From NCBI GenBank assembly GCA_025201805.1, contig MU619375.1, positions 22,880 to 86,879 on the forward strand: 64,000 nucleotides of DNA. Direction: 5' to 3'. Within the stretch, counting starts at the first letter, position 1. The number at the start of each line of letters is the position of its first letter. A program made the position numbers and the translations under genes. Origin of the DNA: Parasitella parasitica NRRL 2501. Its lineage: Eukaryota > Fungi > Mucoromycota. Below, piece after piece: positions 51,004 to 62,879 of the stretch. Below the pieces are notes generated by a model. The model searched no databases. It worked only from the letters and a program-made list of their open reading frames with translations, and was not told where the DNA came from.

Positions 51004-51681
51004 TCTGGAGACTTGATGTCTATAAAAATGAAGAGTTAGACGTCGAATTGAATCAAGGGCAAGGAAGAGAAAAAAAGGGGGGGGGTGTTGGATGGTGACT
51101 GTTGAGGCAGTTGTCAAGGCAAATCGACTTCATTGGGAGATGTCAAAACGAAGCCCAAGTTTGATAGGAAAAAGTATCCAGCTTCAAATGTATACAATAA
51201 TGTAATACTTTATGCTCAACATATCTTTTTTTAATCAGTTTTTTATGGTGTTTATTAGTTTACCATCATTAATATAATATGTGAAAGTTTGTAGATCCTC
51301 GTTTACCCAAAGTTTCAGATTTGTATTATGTGTAGTTTTACAAATTTTGATTTATAATGTCTATTTTAGCAATAAAAAAACTAAACGATATTGACGCTTC
51401 TGATAAACCCTTTGATGATGAAATACAGTACATATTTTGGAAACCTACTGACTCGCCAAAGCCTAAAGTAGTATACTGGTATGAGTTTGTAGCTTTTAGA
51501 GACATTTTATTTCTTTAAATTCATGCTTTTGGGGCTATAGCTGATTTTACTGCTTTTAAACTTCCTGCCACCATGAAACTATGGTCTGGAAAGTTGGAAC
51601 ATTTTAATTATCAATGAAGCAAAGATATAGTATTCTATGTTCATTTGCACGACACACTCAATATAAAATTGACTGCAAGAA

Positions 51682-52107
51682 TCACTCTAATTTGCGTTTT
51701 TTGCTATCTGTGGGCTCTGGAGTGGTTTCTGGGGTTGGCACCATGTCGTCAACGATCAGCTTTTCTACTTTGACATAACCTTCGCCCAACAGGTCGCAGT
51801 CCGTACCACACCAAGGCTTGTTTCCAAACAGGATTCTGTTTGGCTTTTGATTAAAGTAATATCCCTCACTGTCTTCATCTGGTGTCAAGTAGTTGAGGTC
51901 CTCATCAACTTGTTCATTACCCCCGCACACATGTTCGTAATAAATTTCTTTGGCGAGATTTTTCATGTATTTCCTTGCTTCTGTCTCTGAGCTAAATGCT
52001 TTCACATCGCCAATATCGGGATTTATTTCATAATCTATTCCTTCTGTTTTATCAATATAGCCGCATGATACGACGTACACACTACTTCCAGCTGGGCTTG
52101 CAGACAT
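51682..52107 (-). CDS. Small intronless acidic hypothetical protein (141 aa) with C-terminal KKRK
   Basis: Clean ORF with globular composition: VYVVSCG...KAFSSETEARKYMKNL...YVKVEKLIVDD. Confidence 0.7.
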   Translation of the reverse strand: MSASPAGSSVYVVSCGYIDKTEGIDYEINPDIGDVKAFSSETEARKYMKNLAKEIYYEHVCGGNEQVDEDLNYLTPDEDSEGYYFNQKPNRILFGNKPWCGTDCDLLGEGYVKVEKLIVDDMVPTPETTPEPTDSKKRKLE

Positions 52108-53677
52108 GAGTGTGTTGCGAGTGGTACAGTATATATTATGTATTAATAAAAAAAAACACACAGAAGCGCGTTTAGTAACTCAATGTACAACCCTTCATCA
52201 GATGGCAGTCAAAAGGACCAACTTGATCGACTATCGAGGTCAGATATACTGTCACTTGAGTGCTGTAGGCATCACACAAATCTTATTCAATGAAACATTA
52301 GCAGAGGATAATTGCCATCATGATAAAATCAAGCAGGGCGCACAAGGATTCGTTGTGTATTTCTCTTGATTCGATCAAAAGCATCCCAGTAGGTCCAAGA
52401 GCTTTTCTATGGTACACTATAGGCTGTTTGCAAGCAAGTTGCTATGCATATTCTCACAAATCTCAGTTTCTTGCACCTATACCTCTTTTATAACTTGGAT
52501 CAATTCTGCCATCCTTGCCGTTACACGAGAAAGAGTGTTGTGCTATCAAAAACCGGTAAATTCCAAGCTTCTAGGCTTTGTCGTCAGTACTTATCCACAA
52601 CACGTATCAAGAAACTACCTGATTTTAAAGGTCTCTCAATCTCAATCGATTAAAGGGCTTGGATAATAAAGTTCTAAACTCAATGGGTAGTGCAATTTCT
52701 AATATAGCTTTTTTTTAATAAAAAAAAAGCTTTTTACGGAAGTTTGATGAGGAAAATGGGAAACTATTTTGATGTGCTATAGTAGCGCCATTCTCGCACC
52801 ACCCATTAGTATGGCATTTGGATTTCATTCTGCGTATCTGGTATTTAAGCATATGAATATTCGTGAAACATGCAACAAACACGGTGAATAACAAACACAG
52901 AGATCATGTACATAATTAGTGGTTTTGAAAAATAGCCGATTGTACTCATTATATACAGAGTAAAAAAAGCCTCTGGATAGGTTTAATATGCACTAGCTTC
53001 CCGCCAAATATTGCATTACACAATAGTCTGTGCAAACACATGTATAGACATTGCTTGTTATCAATTCCTATATAATGTACCCATATGATGCGGGTAAACC
53101 ATGGCGTACACCACGATGGAAAATGCCAATAAAACTAAATGTAAGCCACCATATATGGGTAAAAATGGCCGTCTGTTCCTATGATACATTTGTGCGGTAT
53201 TCCAATAGGTGCATTACATTCATCATTGAATATACATGACATAAATTGATGCTTGTGCGTATATATTTTCAAAGAAGATTAAGATTCGAATACCTAATTA
53301 TACGCATAAATTATGTATCTATATGGTTAATGAGATGAAAGGCGGGTTTCGCTTACCAGAATCAAAAAACCCAGCAGTGCACATATGCCCTTCCATGTTA
53401 TGAAATGTCAAGTTATATATCTCATGTACAGCTACTCTCACTATCAACATTGGTTATGTATCTATGTCGTTAAAGACGTAAAAGACTTAATCATTAACGG
53501 CTCGCACTTACTAAATACATTCCATCAGCTTATACAGCTGAAATTTCTATATCTCTATGATTTGTATAACAATGCAAAATCCGGTAAACCGTTTCCACGG
53601 AAAAGATGGGAAAGATATAAAAACCCCTTTTCTGATTTGGTCTTTTATCGAGAAAACTAAACACATACATAGATAAT

Positions 53678-54738
53678 ATGGGGGTTATTCTCACTACATT
53701 AAGATGGGCAGGCGTTGCCCTGCTTGTCACTGCCATTTACACACTGAGCAAGCGCAGACAAACATTGGACTCACTCATTGTTGCGCCCCATGATGTCTAC
53801 ACACCTGATTTTTACCCTGGGGGTCATGATGTGCAATTACCTGTTGCTAGAATGCATTATTGGTTGTTTGGTAACCCTCAAGGAAAAAAGGTTGTTTTGA
53901 TCCATGGTATCTCGACTGGCTCTGTCGTGTGGGATAGATTAGCCAGGCACTTGGCTGAAAAGGGCCATTACGTACTGGTTTATGACACCTGGGGTCGAGG
54001 ATACAGTCAAGCACCCAATGCCACTTATGATGAATCTCTGTTTACATCTCAACTAGCTATGCTCTTGCAAAAAGTTGGATGGACCAAGTGTGATGTTGTT
54101 GGTGTTTCGTTGGGTGGTGCCACAGCGGTCTCTTTCAACTATTACTATCCTGAAATGGTTGACAAGACAGTACTTATTGCTCCTGCAGGCATTATGGACA
54201 GCAAAACTGACATGCCCCTGATTTCCAGAATTATCAGATTGCCATTTGTGTATCAAGTAGTCATCAATCAACCTGTATTCCGTGATTTCTTGCTAAAGTC
54301 TGTTCAAAAATTTGCAAATTCAACTAAATCCAAATTGACAAACTTCCCACAAGAAACATTGGACCAAGGAAAAAAGATCAGTACCGTTGCAACATATCAA
54401 TTCGCTAATCATCCTGGCTTTATTCGTGCTTTTGCTGGTACTGTAGCTGCCTATCCATTGACGGGATTGCGCGACAAGTTCAAGCATTTGGGAAAACAAG
54501 ATACAGATGTGCTGGTCGTGTGGGGCGATCGTGATACGGTGAATATCTTGAATATACACATGCTGTAAATTAAAATCTAATCATCTTCACATAATAGACC
54601 TGTCCTTATTACCCCGAGTTGGTCAAAGAACTACTTCCTAGGGCGCAACTTGCTATTTATCCTGAACAAGCACACAATGTCTTGTCTACAAGATGGGAGT
54701 CTGTTCATGAAACTATTGAAAAGTTCCTCACTGCCTAA
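53678..54738 (+). CDS. Membrane-anchored alpha/beta hydrolase (1 intron near the 3' end)
   Basis: N-terminal hydrophobic helix, LIHG, YDTWGRGYS, nucleophile GVSLGG, WGDRDT, C-terminal AHN histidine. Confidence 0.9.
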
Positions 54739-54803
54739 CTATTTATTTAACCTCTGTATAATACCAAAATAAAAATACAGCGCTTCGTCTATTTTCTCAT
54801 ATT

Positions 54804-55850
54804 CTATTTACAAGGCTTACTTAGTAGCTCATAATCAAACTTCTTTGCCTTGTATAATGGCAAACAAGCCCCCGGCGAAATTTCATCAAGCTCAAATCTA
54901 AGAGTATTTCACATCAGTTTATACGGTTGCATCTAATGATCCTATTATTAATGCATTGTACCCTAATTTTTTGATGTAAAACTTGAATGCACCTTGATTT
55001 GCTATATGTTTTGTTNNNNNNNNNNAAAAAAAAAAAAAAAAAAAAAAAATGCTATGGTAGTCAATTACCAAATATTACCTTTGAATACAGTTAACATCAC
55101 TTTATCCATCTTCCAATAGGCCCCAATTTGACTCAATAAATTCATCATGTATTCACCTAAACCTTGATTTCTAGCACTTTGAGCTAATTGAATTTCGTAG
55201 CTATTTTAGAGGGAAAATTAGTCTATTGCGCAAAAGAAATGTGGGCTGCTATATACCAATATGCGCAATTCGCCATAATAGCATCGTCCATTGTCTCTTC
55301 TTGCACCATTTGAAAGTGTAAAAATCCTTTAAAATCGAAAGGTTCCGTGGCTGATCTAGCTATCAAGTAACGAGCTTGGGGTGCCAGCATTTCTTTTCTC
55401 TTTTCCTTCTCATTCCACCCATCGTTTGACTTTTCGTACCTGGATCTATATTAATAAAAAAAAAAGAATGACACCGATGATTCCACTAAACATACATGTC
55501 TTTAAGGTTAGTTTTCACCAATTGAAATGCCCATTCATAGATATCTCGGGGGAGGTCGTCCACAGAATAGTAGTCAATGACTATGTTCAATAGTTGACTA
55601 AAAAAGATGAGTTATTGCTGATTAGCGGGTGATCGAATGCTCGCTCACTTTTGATACTTGATGGGCGCATCTAAAAATTGAACCAAGCAACTTTCCTAAT
55701 AAGTGTCAATATATTACTGGCATCAGCTCTATTTTGGACATCTACCTTGTTAACTCGATCAATCAAGCTATCTTCTGTGGTCTAAAATGGACAGCTATGA
55801 ATGACTAAACTCTGGACATTTGTAAGCTCCTGTACCTCATGAATTGGCAT
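54804..55850 (-). CDS. NAA40: N-alpha-acetyltransferase 40 (NatD, histone H4/H2A), 8 short exons
   Basis: Manual splice: MPIHE|TTEDSLIDRVNK|...WAFQLVKTNLKDM|YEKSNDGWNEKEKRKEM..ARYLI...AYC|YEIQLAQSARNQGLGEYMM...KVMLTVFK|ANQGAFKFYIKKLG|FELDEISPG...YELLSK. Not in the ORF track. Confidence 0.9.
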
Positions 55851-55993
55851 ATTTTAAGTGGTTGAGAAAAGAGATTGAACAGCTAACAAAGAGCAAGAGA
55901 AAACCAGTGACGTTCTATGCGCGCCTCTTTAACGAAATGAAATTGTTTAAAGGCTCATCTGCATCTTTTTTCTTTCGTTCCAAAGGCAAAACA

Positions 55994-56578
55994 ATGGCAA
56001 CCTCTTACTTACAGCCTGAAGTTAGTGTATCTAACGATGGAGACAAAATATTATGCAAAGAACATGGGCTCGAAAAGTGTGGCAGATGTCAAGTGGATTG
56101 GACAGAACACAACTTATTAGCATCGACATTGAAGCATGTTAAAGATTTACCTCCTCCCAACGCGCCTAATCCCACTCGTAATGCTCAAGTAACCAGACTC
56201 AAAGAAGAAGGAAATAAATATTTCAAGCAAAACAATTACACAGAATCCATTCGATTTTACACTATGGCTGTTGATTTATCTTGGTCTCGCCCCCTTTGGG
56301 AGCCTCTGGCTTTTCAATATGTCCGGGAAGAACTGGCGCCTGTTTTAAGCAACAGATCTGCTGCTCATTTGTCACTTCAAAATTACGTTGATGCCTATGT
56401 CGATGCTGAAATGGTCACTCGGTTAAAGCGTGAATGGAGTAAAGGGTGGTTTAGAAAGGGAAAAGCTTTGGTTGGTCTTGGTAAAGTCGAAGAAGCAGCT
56501 GAAGCTTTTCAAACTGGGTTAAGATTTGACCATGACAGTGAAGAGCTCAAAAAGGCTCTGACCGAAATTGGGCATTAA
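55994..56578 (+). CDS. SEC72: Sec72 TPR subunit of the Sec62/63 translocation complex
   Basis: PPPNAPNPTRNAQVTRLKEEGN...RPLWEPLAFQYVREELAPVLSNRSAA...WSKGWFRKG; the likely start is the ATG at 55994, not the upstream TTG. Confidence 0.78.
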   Translation: MATSYLQPEVSVSNDGDKILCKEHGLEKCGRCQVDWTEHNLLASTLKHVKDLPPPNAPNPTRNAQVTRLKEEGNKYFKQNNYTESIRFYTMAVDLSWSRPLWEPLAFQYVREELAPVLSNRSAAHLSLQNYVDAYVDAEMVTRLKREWSKGWFRKGKALVGLGKVEEAAEAFQTGLRFDHDSEELKKALTEIGH

Positions 56579-56661
56579 TAAATACATGATTTTTTTCAAA
56601 TTTTATTAAAGCTATACAGTTGGAATTGTGTGTGTGATCTTTTTATGTTAGAATACGGGAT

Positions 56662-58565
56662 TTATCTACGTAATGAAGGTTCTTGGTCTCTGACAACCTC
56701 TTCTTGTAACTTTGCAACTTCTTGGATTTTGTTCTGCAATTGAATTGAATGAGTGTCGATCCATTGCAAAGATGATAGATGAGAGTTGAGAATTTGAACA
56801 ATTTGAGTGACAATGTCGTCGTCGTCATTGTTGGTTACTTGCTTGGCATTACCCATCTTGTTGATCTCTTCAACCATGATATTCAGGTTTTTGTTGACAT
56901 CATCCAGTTGACTATTGAGGCTCTCAGCTAAACCATAAGCCTTTTCTCTCTGTTCATCGGCAGCTTGCATTGGTTGTTGTAAATTGGAATCATCAAAGAT
57001 CTCCTTGATCTGTTTCTCATAATTATCGAGGATAAGGTTCAATTCTTCCTGTTGTGCATTGATATAACTCAAATTTTGGTCAATTTCGCGTTGGGTGACT
57101 TCAACCTTAGTAACATTTTCATGCAAGGTAGAAATCTATCACACAATATTAGACACTATGAAGAAAAATAACAACAAAATTTTACCTTGGTGCCATTTTC
57201 AATCAACTGCTGATCCCACTGAGCAACTTGGCTAGCTTGCTTATGGAAATCCTTTGTCTGTTTCTCTAGTTCCTTTGTCCATAAGTTGAGAATGTCTTCC
57301 ATAGATTTATTCTTTAACGTGGATGGTGTAGGAACGGAAATTGGTTGAGCCGAAACGGCAGGTTGTGTAGTAAGAGTAGAGCTGGCCCCCCCAAATGCGG
57401 TGGTTGATGGTGTCGCAGTGCTGGCTGTGGCAGAAGAGATCGTGGTAGCAGCCGTAGTTGCAGCTATTTAAAATTGCGTCAACAATAAAAAGGGTTATTT
57501 CCTCATACTAGTACCCATTAGTGCCTAAATGCTTACCAGTTGGTTTTTGTCCGAAACCTCCAAAACCGCCAAGAGAGGGAGCAGGCGTTGAAGTTGTAGA
57601 TGAAGGTGTTGAAGTAGCGGTGGTGGCACCAAATGAAAGTGTGGGTTTAGAAGTAGTTGTAGTACCAAAGCCACCAAAACCACCAAAACCACCAGCAGTG
57701 GAAGTGGCGGTAGATGTTGGAGCTGGAGTACCAAGTCCTGTAGCAGCTGCTGGAGCAGTTGAAGCAGCCGGGGTACCAAAACCGCCAAACCCTGTAGCGG
57801 CTGTGGCGGGAGGTGTGGCGCCAAATCCGCCAAATCCACCAACAGCAGGTTTAGCAGGAGCAGCCGCAGCACCAAACCCGCCAAAGCCAGCAGCAGCAGG
57901 AGTAGTGGTTGTAGAGGTAGTAGGAGTGGAAGCGGCAGCACCAAATCCGCCGAATCCACTGGTTGATGCTGGAGCGGAAGAGGTAGAAGCGGCCGAAGAG
58001 CCAAATCCACCAAATCCAGTAGTGGATCCAGGAGGGGCCGAGTTAGCTGAAGCAGCAGCGCCAAATCCACCAGTAGAGGAATTGGCGTTTGCAGTTGAAG
58101 AGCCAAATCCGAATCCACCAGCAGCAGGAGCAGCTGTTGCAGGAGTGGTCATAGACGATCCAAACGCACCGATACCGGGCGTTGTAGAGGTAGTAGCCGA
58201 AGTGCCAAACCCACCAGCAGCAGGAGTAGATGTAGCAGGTGTTGTTGTAGATCCAAAGCCGCCAAAGCCGCCAGCAGCGGCAGGTGTTGTTGCAGAACCA
58301 AATGCATTCGTAGCAGGTGCTGTTGAACTACCAAATGTAAAGCCAGTGCTACCAGCAGGTTGGCCAGTGGCAGGAGCTAATTAGAGAATATGAGTACATT
58401 TGTCTGCGATAGAAAGCGATTATTTTCTTCAAACATACTGGCAGCGCCAAATCCAAATCCACCTGGTTGGTTCTGGCTGTTGTTGCTGTTGAAATTGAAA
58501 GCTAAATAGATAGACTCTTATCAGTTCACTTTCTTGTACAGATAATACATCGCAAACATACACAT
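56662..58565 (-). CDS. NSP1: FG nucleoporin Nsp1/Nup62
   Basis: MSFNF start (4-nt first coding exon), many GFG/FG repeats, coiled coil LKNKSMEDILNLWTKEL..FHKQASQVAQWDQQLIENG...QIVQILNSHLSSLQWID. Confidence 0.93.
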
Positions 58566-58821
58566 TTGATCTATTTTCTCTTCAAATTTCTCAAGAAAGA
58601 AAGAAAATGGTATATATGTAAAAGAAGAGAACAACCACTATTTGATTTTGTCAACAACGCGTTTATGAAAGAATCTTTTTTCCTGTGACGTTTACGATTC
58701 TACTATGTGACTCGAACGAAGGCACCAAAATACAGTAGTTTATTTGGTATGTATGTATGATGTGGGGTGAAATATGTATAGGCACTACTACTTGTAAATT
58801 ATTATGTTCAATTAAATCTAA

Positions 58822-59251
58822 TCAAGATAGCAATAATGCTTCGATTGACATGACATGGCGTGAGTTATTTAAGCTTTTAACGGTGGTGTTGGGTGTGGAA
58901 TTGTTGAGGTATTTTTTCTTGCTGGACATTTTGGGACAGACACATTTCTGATGGATGTGTCTTTTTAATCGCTGCTCTCGGCATTCATCGCATTGGCTAA
59001 TTGGTCTGCCTTTCCTCTTGACTATAACGAGGTGTCTTTCGGTATGATCACAGCGAGACGATCTATGGCCCTAATAACGGATCAACCTTTTAACATACAG
59101 TGCGTCGGTAGTTGATTCTAGCTTACCTTGATGCATTCTATAGAGTTTTAATTTAGTGTTCGGATATTAGAGAACAGTCATCTGCGTTTTATGTTGCATA
59201 GAAAAAGAGCTTACTTTGACAGGCATATTTTATATTATCGATGATAATCAT
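58822..59251 (-). CDS. 98-aa copper-fist (Ace1/Mac1/Haa1 family) DNA-binding protein; exons 59215-59251, 59127-59137, 58822-59070
   Basis: MIIIDNIKYACQ|KCIK|GHRSSRCDHTERHLVIVKRKGRPISQCDECREQRLKRHIHQKCVC...MSIEALLLS*. Both introns are GTAAG...TAG. Not in the ORF track. Confidence 0.9.
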
Positions 59252-59729
59252 GTTATTGTTACAGAAGAAAGAAAAGGAGAGAAGGAAAAAGAAGAACAGC
59301 GTATGTATAAACAAATGTGTAAACAAGACGAAAATTTATAACAGTTTTAAGGGGTTGTGTCTGTATGAGGTGACTCATTAAAAAAAGAAAAAGAGGGATT
59401 ATATGGGTAGGCAATTCTTTTTTTATGATTGTAAGACATTTCGACAATATGTTAGTTTGTTATTTCCCCTCATAAAATAACTCAAATCAAAGTAAAACGA
59501 GGCAGTTTTGCGATTTGGCCTATTGTTCCTTTTTTGGAGCCTAACGAGGGGATTATTATTGCTCCTTTTCATAATTTTTTTAATGTGGTATAATAAAGCC
59601 AAACTTGAACAATTTGGCGTTCACAGCTTTAACAAATGAATGAGGATGAGCTGATACCATTATATCGCTTTTAAAAGCTAGAATTTTCATTCAAACTGTA
59701 ATTATTGAATCGATATTTTTTGTATATAT

Positions 59730-60060
59730 GATGCATCCCAGAGCCATACGGCAAACAGCATTTAATCCTGCTGGTAAGTGTTTGGTCATTGATGAATCTA
59801 TAAATTAATGACTAGGCGTTAGTATGCCCATGCAAACCTCATCCAATCGTCCATGAATTGGAAACTATGGCTGATCGACGCACGTACTGCATCATGCGTT
59901 GGGATATGGCCATCTATCCCAGACCTAAGGAATTTGGTAAAGAAACGGGTATGAAACGCTAAAAAACTTGGTCATGCCATGGTTTAGAGATTCTTGGTTT
60001 GGATTACCAGACATAATAGCTATATTGTTCAACATTGGGTTGTATATTCTTTTACATATG
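59730..60060 (+). mobile_element. Degenerate piggyBac-like DDD transposase fragment
   Basis: AFNPAGKCLVIDESIN**LG, KPHPIVHELETMAD..TYCIMR, PWF, DSWFG; multiple stops and frameshifts. Confidence 0.72.
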
Positions 60061-60542
60061 TATTAATCGCGATCGATAAAATCGCAGCAGTTACAATGCT
60101 ATCGTAATTGGTGCATTCATCTTACCTCTTCTGATAAACCTCATCATAGCAAAAAATCCACCCTTTCAGTGAAGTCTTTGAATTTATAACACCATCTATC
60201 AAAAGTAACAAACACTGGTGCTACACCATTCATTGACCATGAAATGTTCGTTATCACTTTGATTTATACAACTGAAAGTCTAAGGTTGGCATCGAACTGA
60301 GGAGATTTATGCCTTATCAAAAAAGTTTACTTTTTTCATTTCAAGTAACACCTTTTTTAATATACGTGTATTCTTATTTATCTGTTTTGTGTCAATTTTG
60401 AATTACATTTTTGCAGTAAGGTATTAATGGTTACGGACTATGTCAGATAGGGTTACAAAGGCGTCACGATAGAGCATGATTCAAAACAATATTTTTCTCT
60501 TTAATTCGAAAAGACGCACTCTTTTCCTACTAACTTACAATT

Positions 60543-60839
60543 ATGGAATCGCCTCAAAATGATACCGCCATTAACACAGTATCGTTTAAAAAATCAGAAT
60601 TTTTCTTTGTGGAGGATTTCAATCAAATAATTGAACTCATGTTGACTGGAAATAATTCAGATGCTGTTGGAAAAGCCGTTGCCCAACTTGAGGAAAAATT
60701 CGAAAATGCAAAACGAGTTCTAGATTTATTGCCTGGATTACAGTACACAAAAGACGAACAAGAGTCTCTTTTGGCTGATGAATTAAAAGTGTTGGAATAT
60801 AAAAAGATTCAACTTCGATCATATAAACAAGTAAATTAA
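60543..60839 (+). CDS. MED9: Probable Mediator subunit Med9 (3' end may be spliced)
   Basis: LEEKFENAKRVLDLLPGLQYTKDEQESLLADE...KKIQLRSYK matches the Med9 pattern (A..I..LPG..S.EEQ coiled coil). Confidence 0.62.
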   Translation: MESPQNDTAINTVSFKKSEFFFVEDFNQIIELMLTGNNSDAVGKAVAQLEEKFENAKRVLDLLPGLQYTKDEQESLLADELKVLEYKKIQLRSYKQVN

Positions 60840-62437
60840 GTCGACCTACAATAATACCCCCTCCCCCCCCCCTCCCTCACGCTAAAAATCTTCGTTTGCA
60901 GAATAAATCAGGATAATGCTCAAAAATATTTATTTCAATTGATTTTTTGAGCATCAAAAGTCATTTTCTGCGTAAACCAATTCTTTTTGTCCTTAAAACG
61001 TGTCATTGCTTCGATTCGACTTAAATCAGTAGAGCCACTTATTATTCTTATTAATATCATTATTTGGATTAAAATCGGTAAATTGGGTATACGTGGACAT
61101 AGAAATATTGCGATCAAGCATAATGTCATTGATTTGTATCTGTTACGAAGTGCAATTTTGTAAATATGTATTTCTTTTGAGTTTGATCTCTCCTTGAGCT
61201 ACTAAGCGAATAATGGTCTATCTTAAGAACTGCCTGGATAAATAAATAAATACAGAATGTAAAATATGTTTATACTCACAGAAAGAAAAACATCGAAAAC
61301 AAGTTTTGCCAGTTTTATCTTCACAGATCGATAGGTTATATGTATATCGTAATTTCTATCATATATCTAAACAATAATTAAAAGACAATTAATATTACAT
61401 TCAGTAATAACGCATGTTTTTTCACCACATGGAATGGTAATCATGTATTACATGAATTTTATATACTATCGCGACTTCAACAAAAGATGTGTAGAAACAA
61501 AGTGGAGGTTCTCTTGTGAAATTTCGTGTATTCTGCTAACAACTTTATAGATACGCAATTTTTCCCCAGTGCAAATGTTTTTATTAGATAGCACTGAATC
61601 AACCATATGTTTTCCAAGTTCGATCTCTTTTCTAAAGTCCATTTAGCAGAACCTACGGCCAAAAAATATGAAAGTGAAAACTGTTTATCCACATAACTTT
61701 TAATAGACACATTGCCCAAGACCTTTAGCAGTGATTTCGAGTCCAAAATACCATAATATCCTTCATAGCTTACGTAAATCAAATCTATATTCCATCAACC
61801 ATGTTTGTAGTACTTGCCTATGTTACTTCTATTTTAATATACAGTTTTATGTAAGTATCATATTTCTATCGAGAGTAATTAGCAAAAAGCTGTAATTTTG
61901 AGTGTATTTTGATGTGTTAATTTCCCAACCGGAAGTCAAACTCAAGCAAAATCAATCCTGAACACAATTCAGGAACATATACCAATGGATAATGTTCATT
62001 ATTTATAACTCAACATGACATGTTCATGGACAATAGATACAATCTATCGTTCCACTCTCTAAATCGCACCATGTCTCACACTTGTATCTTATCCTCCCAT
62101 CAGTCCACTTAGATTCACTAGTATATAAACCATCATTTTTCCATGAAATAAACGAGATCTTTACCTGATTGATTCACAACCATTTTATTTGAATAATTTC
62201 TCATTCTGATAAATCATATTTGAGTGTAACAAAGCACATTGATTCCCATCTGAGAAACACATTCACTATAACCATCTGCATTCCAATTCTAGATTCATTC
62301 AGTTACCTTAAACTAATATACACTACATATGTGCACAATTAACAAGATGTAAAATACAAATTTATACTATGCAAGATATAGGCTAAAAATGGCACCATTA
62401 GGATGATGACGATGTTATAGGCTTATACTGATATCTC

Positions 62438-62851
62438 TGTTGTATCCATATAAGGCTATATATGTCATATCTAACCTAGTCATATAATGCACGGATCAAG
62501 ATATTAATTGCTAGCAATTCTTTTAGAAATAAGGATTAAGTTCTAAGTTGTAATTGGACCTCTTGCAAGGTTCCAGGCTCATTCAAAGAATACATCAAGA
62601 TCAGGTCGCGAGATGTCGAGAAGACATCCTACCCACTTTTCTCTTTAAGGTAAAATCGAAGAATAGGTCTGTCCTGGAAATGCTGTGATTTAATAACGTT
62701 TGACACTTCTTGTCAAACACCAGATGTTATGTGGATAAACATTCATTGGGATATATTTTAGTATAAATAGAGGTCATATCTTATGTTAATAAAAGTCTTC
62801 AGTTTTGTATCTGGTTCTGTGGAATCGGCATAGTTGTTATATGGATTCACG
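62438..62851 (+). mobile_element. Solo-LTR-like element
   Basis: Begins TGTTGTATCCATATA and ends with the imperfect inverse TATATGGATTCAC; internal TATAAATAGAG...AATAAA...AGTTTTGTATCTGGT and a GTTTGACA/TGTCAAAC hairpin are shared with the neighbouring element. Confidence 0.55.
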
Positions 62852-62879
62852 GGAAAAAATTATAATAAAAAAACAATAA

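Noticed and set aside
55844-55993. 50-aa N-terminal extension of Sec72 from a TTG start
   Set aside because: It overlaps the NAA40 start and the shared promoter; ATG 55994 has good context (ACAATGG).
57521-58384. 287-aa PKPP/PNPP-repeat ORF on the plus strand
   Set aside because: It is the antisense mirror of Nsp1 GGFG repeats.
60935-62400. Possible pseudogene or retroelement internal region
   Set aside because: Splice-like signals are present, but there is no continuous frame and no RT, integrase or gag motif.
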